DNA from: Microcystis aeruginosa NIES-843
GTDB lineage: Bacteria > Cyanobacteriota > Cyanobacteriia > Cyanobacteriales > Microcystaceae
Length of the DNA stretch: 32,000 nucleotides
Reading direction: 5' to 3'
Assembly (NCBI RefSeq): GCF_000010625.1
Contig: NC_010296.1
Location: 4,710,001-4,742,000, forward strand
Below the pieces are notes generated by a model. That model was not told where the DNA came from, did no database searches, and saw only the letters and a list, made by a program, of their open reading frames with translations. This document shows positions 16,797 through 24,150 of the stretch, piece by piece. Numbering within the stretch: position 1 is the stretch's first letter; each line of letters opens with the position of its first letter. The position numbers and the translations under genes were made by a program.

Positions 16797-17533
16797 TAGT
16801 GGACTGTTTCAGCTAAAATAGGGCAATAGCTCGAACAAGCAGAGGACATCAATCATGGGAAGAGGTCGGCGAGATAAAGTCAATCTAACAGGGGAACAAA
16901 GAGAAAACCTCGAACAAATCAGTCGTAATGGCTATGCACCAGCTAAAAAAATTCTCCACGCTCGGATTTTGCTGATGTGTGACGAGGGAGAACAGGCGAA
17001 AAGGAAATGGACAGATGAAGAAATAGGCGAAGCTTTAGAAGTTCATAGAAATACAGTGGGACGTATTCGTCAAAGATTTCTTCAAAAAGGCGAAAAACCA
17101 GCATTAGAACGGAAATCGAGAAAAACTCCCCCCACTCCGGCAAAAGTTGATGGAGCCGCCGCCGCCCAAATCATTGCCCTGTGCTGTTCGGAGCCACCAT
17201 CTGGCCGAGCCGAGTGGACAATCCGACTATTAACCTCGGAACTCAAACAAAGACAAATTATCACCGAGATTTCCAGTCCAACGGTGTGGCGTACTCTAAA
17301 AAAAACCAATTACGCCCTTGGAAAACCCAAAGATACTGTATTCCGGAACAGGATTTAGCCCGATTTGTTGCCCAGATGGAAGTTGTCCTTGACCTGTATG
17401 GCACTCAGCCATCGGAAGAAGAACCGTTAATCGCGATGGATGAAGCATCAAAGCAACTACTTGGAGAAGTTTACCCTCCGATACCCATGCAACCTGGACA
17501 AGATAAAAAAGAAGACTATCACTATAGTGATAG
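16797..17533 (+). mobile_element. IS630-family element, left part only (right part displaced or lost at the IS701-family insertion)
   Basis: The left end is ta-gtggactgtttcagctaaaatagggcaatagc. The transposase coding sequence runs from 16855 and stops being recognisable at 17534. Confidence 0.75.
16855..17533 (+). pseudogene. IS630-family transposase: HTH part in frame 0, DDE part in frame -1 across an A8 run, then truncated
   Basis: The ORF 16855-17358 is an HTH/Paired-like N-terminus. The frame starting at the A-run 17298-17305 reads KKNQLRPWKTQRYCIPEQD..., the canonical IS630 linker. It ends at 17533 before the DDE triad is complete. Confidence 0.75.
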
Positions 17534-18896
17534 TGGGACTTAAACAAATTTCAAGCCCAAACAAAGCCTAAACTGGCTTTGTAAGCGGCAAACACATCCC
17601 GATTCTCGGTCAGCCACTCAAAGAAACGGAAAGACATCGCTGTCCGAAAAGCTTCCAAGGCTTCCACAAAAGTGTTTAAAGGTCGATTCGCCCACTGCCT
17701 TTGCAATCCCCCAGTTAACTTATGCCACAGGATAAATGTATAGGCACAAAACACCAGGATAAAATGACGAAGTAAGCTTCGTTTATCCCTGACTTGGTAT
17801 TCCCTTAACCCTAACCATCCTTTGGCTTCTCGGTAGAATACTTCCACCCAATTTCTTTCGGTGTAAGTCTTGACTATCCACGACGCTGTTACTGTATCTG
17901 CCTCAACTACATTGGTGATGAAATAGTCCACCTCTGTGGCTTTTTCCATTGAACTTGCATTCATGACGATCGCCAAGTTCCTTTCTCCTTCTAGTTGAGA
18001 TATTTTCGCTCTGAATACCGCTACCCAAACCGTTTTTTCTTTATCTAGATTTAGGGTGATTTTCTCCCAATCCTTTTCTGATAGGCTTTTTGCTAGTTGC
18101 TCAAGCTGGATTGTTTCTTCCACACCCCCTTCTTTTTCAATAATTACTTTTCGATTTTTTGCCAATCCTCCTAAGTATTTTAGCTTTCTTTCTTCCAGGG
18201 CTTTGAGAAAATTTGTGTTGTTGCCATAACCAGCATCTATTAAGACGATTTTCGGTCGATAGCCTCTGGTTAAGCTCCGGTCAATTAAATCTATCGCTAT
18301 CTCCGGTTTCTTCTTAAATTCTTTGTCTTCTTTCCCCTCGGCTAAGGAACTAGCCGGTTGATAAATTTCAATGTCTAGGGGGACACTTTTTTTGCCGTCG
18401 TAGAGATGGGTAGTGACGGCGACTATTCCGTTGTCTGTCTTGCCAATTTCTCCTAGGTACTGCCTGCCAACTCCGGCGGTCAGATTGCCACTTTTTCGAT
18501 GTCCTGAGTCATCGACAATCAGGGAAAATCCTCGGGGGATTTGCGTCTGGCGGCATTGGTTCATCACTTGCAACCGACATTCATTCACCTGACGGTCTGA
18601 CCAGGGAGATTCGGTCAAAAAGTGATGTAATCGGTTATAAACTACTCCGACGGCATTATTGGCCATTTGAGTGAGGTTTTTCCGCTCACTTTCCCCTAAT
18701 AATCCTCCTAAATATTGTCTGAAGCCGTTTTTTTGCGCTTCGTTTTTGAAGCAATTGTCAAACCGCCGACACCATCGGTCAAAGCATGGGGGCATCGCGG
18801 CTGGGGTTGTCTCTTTCATCGCTGCTCTTTCAACGTAAAGTGCTTACTCTTTAACGATTATACTCGATTTGATCTTTATTTGGCGTTTAAGTCCCA
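17534..18896 (-). mobile_element. IS701-family insertion sequence (1363 bp)
   Basis: The 12-bp perfect terminal inverted repeats are tgggacttaaac (17534-17545) and gtttaagtccca (18885-18896). They enclose a single 422-aa transposase ORF. Confidence 0.8.
17551..18819 (-). CDS. IS701-family DDE transposase
   Basis: 422 aa. The N-terminal LHHFLTESPWSD motif is typical of IS701-type transposases. Acidic residues sit in LIVDDSGHRKSG, VLIDAGYGNN and YTERNWVEVFYREAKGWLGL. Confidence 0.85.
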   Translation of the reverse strand: MKETTPAAMPPCFDRWCRRFDNCFKNEAQKNGFRQYLGGLLGESERKNLTQMANNAVGVVYNRLHHFLTESPWSDRQVNECRLQVMNQCRQTQIPRGFSLIVDDSGHRKSGNLTAGVGRQYLGEIGKTDNGIVAVTTHLYDGKKSVPLDIEIYQPASSLAEGKEDKEFKKKPEIAIDLIDRSLTRGYRPKIVLIDAGYGNNTNFLKALEERKLKYLGGLAKNRKVIIEKEGGVEETIQLEQLAKSLSEKDWEKITLNLDKEKTVWVAVFRAKISQLEGERNLAIVMNASSMEKATEVDYFITNVVEADTVTASWIVKTYTERNWVEVFYREAKGWLGLREYQVRDKRSLLRHFILVFCAYTFILWHKLTGGLQRQWANRPLNTFVEALEAFRTAMSFRFFEWLTENRDVFAAYKASLGFVWA

Positions 18897-19032
18897 ATAA
18901 CACGCTTATTGTAATGTTATACGGAAAACTTCTTACGATCACTCGAATTTGGAATGATATATGGAAAGATTCTTTAAAAAATGCATATTTGGCGTGATAT
19001 ACGGAAAATTTCCGCATAATATATAGTTAGGC
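18897..19032 (+). repeat. Module B: second copy of the ATACGGAAA-box module (unoccupied intron site)
   Basis: The boxes lie at 18919-18927, 18959-18967 (atatggaaa variant) and 18999-19007. The inverted box lies at 19009-19017. The phasing is again exactly 40 bp. ataacacg|cttattg at 18897-18911 equals the exon junction of the intron at 12761-15373. Confidence 0.85.
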
Positions 19033-19174
19033 GAAGCCAATGATTCGCAAAGGAGGTGGTCACTATGATTTTGCTCTAATGCCAGAGATGAATCACAACT
19101 CATCAGGATTGACCGAACGTTTTTTGTCCGAGTCCATCCAATGATCATCAGTCAAGTCAAAAGGAGAGAAAACA

Positions 19175-20503
19175 ATGGCAAAGCAAAGTTTCGACCTTGC
19201 TAAGTTACGACTCGGCATCTATCAGGATCGCATTTTTCTAGGGGTGCCACTCCAGGAACTGCTGGTGGCTGTTGAAATCACAGCGATTTGCCACTACCCC
19301 ACGTTCACGATCAATCTGGATGCTGGTTCAGATATCGCCTATCACTTCGATGCGCGTTCCTCTGAAGGGCGAATTGTGCAAAATACCTGTGTTGCTGGAG
19401 CTTGGGGTGCAGGGGGAGAAATTTTGTCCATGCCCCCTGAGTTCGTCTCTTCTCAGCCCTTTACCCTCAAGATTGCGGTTGAGCAAGAGTTGGTAGTTTA
19501 CCTCAATGGCCGGGTGCTAACTCGGTATGCCCACTGCCTGCCTCTGACTCAAATCAATACCGTTCATATTGTTTATCCGCCTGAAAATTTGCAGGTGCAG
19601 TCAGTGCAGGTATTTGAGCAGACTGCACCTGCCATAGAGCAACCCCCATTACCACCGCAGGAGATAACCGATATGCCAGCGTTTCTGGAAAATTTGCCGC
19701 CTCAGTTTGAGCCGCTGCGATTGTTTCTGGAAGCCAACTTAGTGCCTTACATCAAATTCACGGCGACAGACGCGGGACATCTCAATTCTGCGAGCTTCCG
19801 TGGCCCCGCCGACTGGAGTGGCGATCCGTTAGAACTTTGGCAAAGTAAAATTGGCGGTCATCCTTACCTACCGAAAGGCACGAGCTATCCTACCGATGCC
19901 GAAACGGGTGAGATGATGATGTTTCTCATGCAGATCAACTGCGCCGATCTGCCGGTAATCGAAAGTCTTAACTTGCCACGACAGGGGCTTTTGCAATTTT
20001 ACATCGGTTTAGATGTCCCCATGTGCACGCTGAGTCCTGAACAACACCGCGTTCTGTATTACCCCGACGTTTCTAAAGATAAAAATGACTTAATCACTGA
20101 CTTTAGCTTTTTAGCAGAACCTGCTAGCTCTCTGGAATGGTACGACGATGTTTATGCCTTAAATTTTTCTGTGCAGCGGGACGTGTTCTGGAATGCTCGT
20201 CGGCAACTGGATGAATCGTTTGAGATGCCCGAAGCGTTGACGGAACTGGGGGAAGACTTTACTGAATGGATTTCAGACTATGAGGACGAGTGTACGCTGA
20301 GGCATGGGCGGATCAATAAACTGGGTGGATATCCAGAACTTCACTCCTATGTGGATGAAACCATAGAGGGATTTAGAGGACGCTTATTGCTAGAACTTCA
20401 ACATCCTTTTGATATCGATAATAACTTTTACTTTTTTATCGAAGACTTGGATTTGGCAAACCTGAACCTTAGCAACGTTGAATCCTATTTCGTTAGCGTT
20501 TAA
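19175..20503 (+). CDS. Two-domain protein: N-terminal galectin-like beta-sandwich plus C-terminal DUF1963 (YwqG-like)
   Basis: 442 aa, with a GGAG 8 nt upstream of the ATG. The N-terminal AYHFDARSSEGRIVQNTCVAGAWGAGGEI...FTLKIAVEQELVVYLNGRVLTRYAH follows the galectin CRD pattern (H.N.R / V.N / W..E). The C-terminal KIGGHPYLPKG...MMFLMQINCADLP...GLLQFYI...NKLGGYPE follows DUF1963. Confidence 0.6.
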   Translation: MAKQSFDLAKLRLGIYQDRIFLGVPLQELLVAVEITAICHYPTFTINLDAGSDIAYHFDARSSEGRIVQNTCVAGAWGAGGEILSMPPEFVSSQPFTLKIAVEQELVVYLNGRVLTRYAHCLPLTQINTVHIVYPPENLQVQSVQVFEQTAPAIEQPPLPPQEITDMPAFLENLPPQFEPLRLFLEANLVPYIKFTATDAGHLNSASFRGPADWSGDPLELWQSKIGGHPYLPKGTSYPTDAETGEMMMFLMQINCADLPVIESLNLPRQGLLQFYIGLDVPMCTLSPEQHRVLYYPDVSKDKNDLITDFSFLAEPASSLEWYDDVYALNFSVQRDVFWNARRQLDESFEMPEALTELGEDFTEWISDYEDECTLRHGRINKLGGYPELHSYVDETIEGFRGRLLLELQHPFDIDNNFYFFIEDLDLANLNLSNVESYFVSV

Positions 20504-20531
20504 TGGTGTAGTCAGTCGATGGAATCAAGCG

Positions 20532-21047
20532 ATGCTAAGTTATCTATATCTTATACTCGTGGTTACACCGCTGATTGCATCTGGAGTGATCGCGTTTCTG
20601 TTCAGTCAATCTCTCATGTCGCTGTTGATGGTATTGGTGGGAGCGATCACTGGAACGATCAGCATTGTGCCGTTTGGGATTTTCTGGTTACAGCTTTTTC
20701 ACCGTGACTGGATGGAATCACAAGCCGCAGGATTTATCTTTGTTCCTGTAATTTTGCCATTCTATGGTTATATCGGTGCGGTTGCTGGAGCGAGTCTGTT
20801 TGCTATTCTGTGCGGTTACGACAGGAACGATTTACCAGTAGTTGTATTTCAGGCGATCGCAATCTGTTGCACTGTGATGTTGGGGGGATTCATTCCGGCT
20901 GCGATCTTTGCCATTCCATCTTTTGTGACATCAGCCCCTGAAGTGAACACGGAAGTAGAAAGAGTTGCGGTTGTACTTATTTTTGCGATATGTGTTGGGC
21001 TATACTTTGCACGGCTACAACTTGCATTTTTTCCTCAAGGACAATAA
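20532..21047 (+). CDS. Multi-pass membrane protein (about 5 TM), hypothetical
   Basis: The track ORF starts at a TTG at 20478 that overlaps the upstream gene. The first ATG is at 20532 (MLSYLYLILVV...). The protein is hydrophobic throughout. Its stop codon abuts the IS630-family left end. Confidence 0.55.
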   Translation: MLSYLYLILVVTPLIASGVIAFLFSQSLMSLLMVLVGAITGTISIVPFGIFWLQLFHRDWMESQAAGFIFVPVILPFYGYIGAVAGASLFAILCGYDRNDLPVVVFQAIAICCTVMLGGFIPAAIFAIPSFVTSAPEVNTEVERVAVVLIFAICVGLYFARLQLAFFPQGQ

Positions 21048-22142
21048 TATAGTTTAAGAGTCATAATTAGAAGCAAAGCACTCATTAAAAACATGATTAA
21101 CCTAGAATTCACGGAAGAAGAAAAGAACTCACTGTATTATGAAAGATTTCATCATCCCCATCCCCGGGTTCAACTGAAGATGGAAGTTCTCTGGTTAAAG
21201 AGCCAAAAGATACCGCACAAAAAAATTTGTCAGTTAGCAGGAATCTCGCCAAATACCTTATTAACCTATCTTCGAGATTATGAAGAAGGCGGAATAGAAA
21301 AATTAAAAGAAATCAACTTCTATCGCCCTAAAAGTGAATTAGAGTCTCAAAAAGAAACGCTCAAAAAATACTTCGAGAAAAATCCACCAGCCACAATAAA
21401 TGAAGCTGTATATAGGAGAGAAGAATTAACGGGAATAAAACGAAGTCCTACCCAAGTTAGAAAATTTTTAAAATCAATGGGAATGAAATGTTTAAAAGTA
21501 GGTTCTCTTCCTTCTAAAGCTGACCGGGATGAACAAGAGGACTACAAAGAAAAAAAGCTAGAACCCAGACTAAATGAGGCTAAAGAAGGAAAAAGGGCTG
21601 TTTTTTTTGTTGATGCCGCTCACTTCGTCATGGGAGCATTTCTCGGTTTTGTTTGGTGTTTTGAGAGACTTTTTGTTAAGTCACCGAGCGGGCGTAAACG
21701 CTTCAATGTTTTAGGAGCATTAAATGCAATAACTCATGAAGTTATTCTGGTTACGAATGACACTTATATTACAGCAACTCAAGTCTGTGAACTCCGGTCA
21801 AAAATAGCTGCTTTAGGAATAACTATTCCCATCACTCTAGTCTTAGATAATGCCCGCTATCAAAAATGTAAAATTGTTGAAGAATTGGCTCTTTCTTTGT
21901 CAATAGAGCTACTCTATTTGCCGTCTTATTCGCCTAATCTAAATTTAATTGAAAGGCTGTGGAAATTGGTCAAAAAGAAATGTTTGTATGGTAAATACTA
22001 TGAAAACTTTTCTGACTTTTCTTCAGCTATTTATGAATGTCTGAATGATGCCCACCTGAAACATAAAAAAGAACTGGATTCCTTGCTCACTCTACGATTT
22101 CAGAAGTTTAATAAATCTCAGATTATGAACGTCTAAAGTATA
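21048..22142 (+). mobile_element. IS630-family insertion sequence, apparently complete
   Basis: Imperfect TIRs are tagtttaagagtcataat (left) and attatgaacgtctaaagta (right). TA dinucleotides lie at both borders, and there is a single intact transposase ORF. Confidence 0.75.
21093..22136 (+). CDS. IS630-family DDE transposase
   Basis: 347 aa with an N-terminal HTH. DDE-region blocks are VFFVDAAHF, LVLDNARYQK and YLPSYSPNLNLIERLW. Confidence 0.9.
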   Translation: MINLEFTEEEKNSLYYERFHHPHPRVQLKMEVLWLKSQKIPHKKICQLAGISPNTLLTYLRDYEEGGIEKLKEINFYRPKSELESQKETLKKYFEKNPPATINEAVYRREELTGIKRSPTQVRKFLKSMGMKCLKVGSLPSKADRDEQEDYKEKKLEPRLNEAKEGKRAVFFVDAAHFVMGAFLGFVWCFERLFVKSPSGRKRFNVLGALNAITHEVILVTNDTYITATQVCELRSKIAALGITIPITLVLDNARYQKCKIVEELALSLSIELLYLPSYSPNLNLIERLWKLVKKKCLYGKYYENFSDFSSAIYECLNDAHLKHKKELDSLLTLRFQKFNKSQIMNV

Positions 22143-22202
22143 GCAAGTTCCTGGCTTGCTAGTCAGTTGGCATATCTCCTTGTAATCCAGTTTGTTTAGG
22201 AA

Positions 22203-22249
22203 GTGCGATCGCCGATCTGGTAGGGTGCGTTAATGGAATGTAACGCACC
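22203..22249 (+). repeat. Hairpin repeat (b)
   Basis: Reads gtgcgatcgccgatctggtagggtgcgttaatggaatgtaacgcacc with the 9-bp stem ggtgcgtta/taacgcacc. Confidence 0.8.
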
Positions 22250-22311
22250 TCATTTTTATCCTGTGATGATAGAGTTGAGTTGTACTGATAGTGATAGTTG
22301 TCTAGTTCCAA

Positions 22312-22629
22312 ATGCCATTACCTCAAGTGGTTATTGATACCAACGTCATTGTTGCTGGGTTGAGGTCTAGGCGAGGTAGTGCATTTCAATTGCTCACGCT
22401 CATCGATACAGGGCAGTTTGATATACATTTGTCAGTGCCTCTGGTACTCGAATATACAGAAGTTTTACTGCGGGAATTGCCAAACCTTTGCCTGAGTCGT
22501 GAAGAGGTTGACGACCTAATTGATTTCTACTGTGCAGTAGGCGTACAGCATGAAATTTTCTTTCTTTGGCGACCATTCCTGCGCGACCCCAAAGATGAAA
22601 TGGTATTAGTGCGATCGCCGATCTTGTAG
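22312..22629 (+). pseudogene. PIN-domain toxin (VapC-like), C-terminally truncated by hairpin repeat (c)
   Basis: The N-terminus VVIDTNVIVAG... has the first PIN Asp, followed by LEYTEVL and DPKDEMVL. From 22609 the frame reads into the repeat (RSPIL*), so the last helix and last acidic residue are missing. No antitoxin ORF lies upstream. Confidence 0.65.
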
Positions 22630-22655
22630 GGTGCGTTAATGCAATGTAACGCACC
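22609..22655 (+). repeat. Hairpin repeat (c)
   Basis: Reads gtgcgatcgccgatcttgtagggtgcgttaatgcaatgtaacgcacc. An inverted degenerate copy follows at 22674-22706. Confidence 0.8.
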
Positions 22656-22721
22656 TTATCTAATGTTCAAAATCCGTGCGTTATGCTGACGCTAACACAC
22701 CCTACTGGACTGTTTCAGCCC

Positions 22722-22778
22722 TAGGGTGCGTTCCCTAATGCGGGATTTTTGAGAACGCACCATGCACATTGATTGAAG
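22722..22778 (+). repeat. 57-bp direct repeat, copy 1 (GGTGCGTTC...GAACGCACC hairpin plus ATGCACATTGATTGAAG)
   Basis: Near-identical to 24151-24208 with about 3 mismatches. It is preceded at 22707-22720 by a 15-nt scrap of the IS630-family left end (tggactgtttcagcc). Confidence 0.8.
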
Positions 22779-22890
22779 CTGTGAGGTTAGGTGCGGTGCT
22801 GCTCTTGTGGGACCAGTTGAGGAATGTTAGCGAAGATTGCCAATGTTTAGGTTAAAATAGAGGGGCAAAAGTTGCCACAGGGTCGCTTCA

Positions 22891-23166
22891 ATGACAGTTC
22901 GACAACCCCGCTACAGCAAAGAAGAATTTGCCCGACGTGGACACGAAGTCTATGAATCTCAGGTACGCTCCCAAATCGAGGAAGGGAATCATGGGAAGAT
23001 TGTAGCAATAGACATCGAAACAGGGGCTTTTGAAGTGGCTGACGACAGCCTAACAGCTGCTAAACAACTGTTAATACGTTTTCCTGATGCACAAATATTT
23101 GGTATTCGCATTGGACATCGTGCCGTCCATCGTTTTGGCTTTCGTTCCCCCAGTGTATCGCCATGA
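22891..23166 (+). CDS. Small conserved hypothetical protein, upstream partner of the retropepsin-like protease
   Basis: 91 aa. RYSKEEFARRG.EVYE...GKIVAIDIETGAFEV is a pattern I recall from cyanobacterial paralogues. Its stop overlaps the next start (ATGA at 23163-23166). Confidence 0.65.
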   Translation: MTVRQPRYSKEEFARRGHEVYESQVRSQIEEGNHGKIVAIDIETGAFEVADDSLTAAKQLLIRFPDAQIFGIRIGHRAVHRFGFRSPSVSP

Positions 23167-23534
23167 TGATGGGGAGCGTCAATTCGCGCCGAGAAGCAAT
23201 TATTCAATTCGTAGTGCTAGGCGAAAATCACCAGAGGCAAGCGATTAAAGCAGTTATTGACACTGGTTACACTGGATTTCTCACGTTGCCTTCTGCTATC
23301 ATTACAACACTAGGATTAACGTGGTATATGCAAGAAGAGGGAATCTTGGGCGATGGAAGCCTCTGTATGTTTAACGTATTTGAGGCAACTGTGATCTGGG
23401 ATGGTCAGATCAAATCTATTGAAATCAATGAGTCAGAGACAGATCCATTAGTTGGTATGGGTTTACTTGATGGCTATGAGTTGAATATTCAGGGTTTTGC
23501 TGGGGGATTAGTGACAATTAAACCTTTGTCATAG
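23163..23534 (+). CDS. Clan AA (retropepsin-like) aspartic protease
   Basis: 123 aa. The active-site motif is VIDTGYTGFLTLP (DTG), followed by LLGMG-type GMGLL near the C-terminus. The size fits a single-lobe protease that dimerises. Confidence 0.75.
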   Translation: MMMGSVNSRREAIIQFVVLGENHQRQAIKAVIDTGYTGFLTLPSAIITTLGLTWYMQEEGILGDGSLCMFNVFEATVIWDGQIKSIEINESETDPLVGMGLLDGYELNIQGFAGGLVTIKPLS

Positions 23535-23925
23535 TCTCTAGTTAGAAAAATGTCTAACAAATCACTGCACCCGACCTATGATTAGACTATTTATACCAAA
23601 TTTCTAAATTCCTGACAGTGCGATGCCGAAGGCACTGCCTAGCAGTGCGTTAATGAAATGTAAAGGATCTTTTTCTGTGGCATGATCAGTTCGACAACCG
23701 ACAATCTATAATCATTTCAGATAAGTCTGATACACTCTAGACCAGTTAAACTCTTATGGACTCTGGCATTGATATTCTCAATCTTAATTGAAATGACTAT
23801 ACGAATTGCAGTGCAGACAATACCTTACTCGAAAAACCCTGCGCTACTATTAGAATTAGATGCGATCATTTTGAGAGCGACTGAGCCACCCTATAATGTT
23901 CAAATTCATGCTGGAGTCCTAACCC

Positions 23926-24132
23926 ATGCGAGCGAAACTTTCAGAGCAAATCTCGTCCACTGATGCAGAAATTATTTTAAGACGCTTACCAGACTGGATT
24001 CAGGATGCTTTGATTGCTCGCGCTACTGAAATTGATTATCCCGTTGAAGCGATTCTTGAGATGGCGATCGCCAGTTTTTTAGACACAGAGGCATTAAGTT
24101 TTGCCGACTGTAAGCCAGGGCGAGGTCGATAA
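23926..24132 (+). CDS. Small hypothetical protein (68 aa)
   Basis: LPDWIQDALIARATEIDYPVEAILEMAIASFLDTEALSFADCKP resembles small proteins I recall as widespread in cyanobacteria. Function is unknown and there is no clear SD. Confidence 0.45.
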   Translation: MRAKLSEQISSTDAEIILRRLPDWIQDALIARATEIDYPVEAILEMAIASFLDTEALSFADCKPGRGR

Positions 24133-24150
24133 GTGGGATGGCTACCGCTG

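Noticed and set aside
16943-17547. Minus-strand ORFs 16943-17143, 17082-17309 and 17296-17547, plus 18715-18900(+) and 18939-19148(-).
   Set aside because: They are antisense to transposase genes or lie within the repeat module. There is no independent support for them.
19272-20707. ORFs 19272-19496(+) and 20519-20707(+), and the TTG start at 20478.
   Set aside because: These are alternative frames within the galectin/DUF1963 and membrane-protein genes. The TTG start would overlap the upstream gene by 26 nt, so the ATG at 20532 is simpler, though the start remains uncertain.
23769-23963. 64-aa ORF overlapping the start of 23926-24132.
   Set aside because: There is no recognisable motif or SD, and it overlaps the better-supported small ORF. 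I left it unannotated, though it cannot be excluded.
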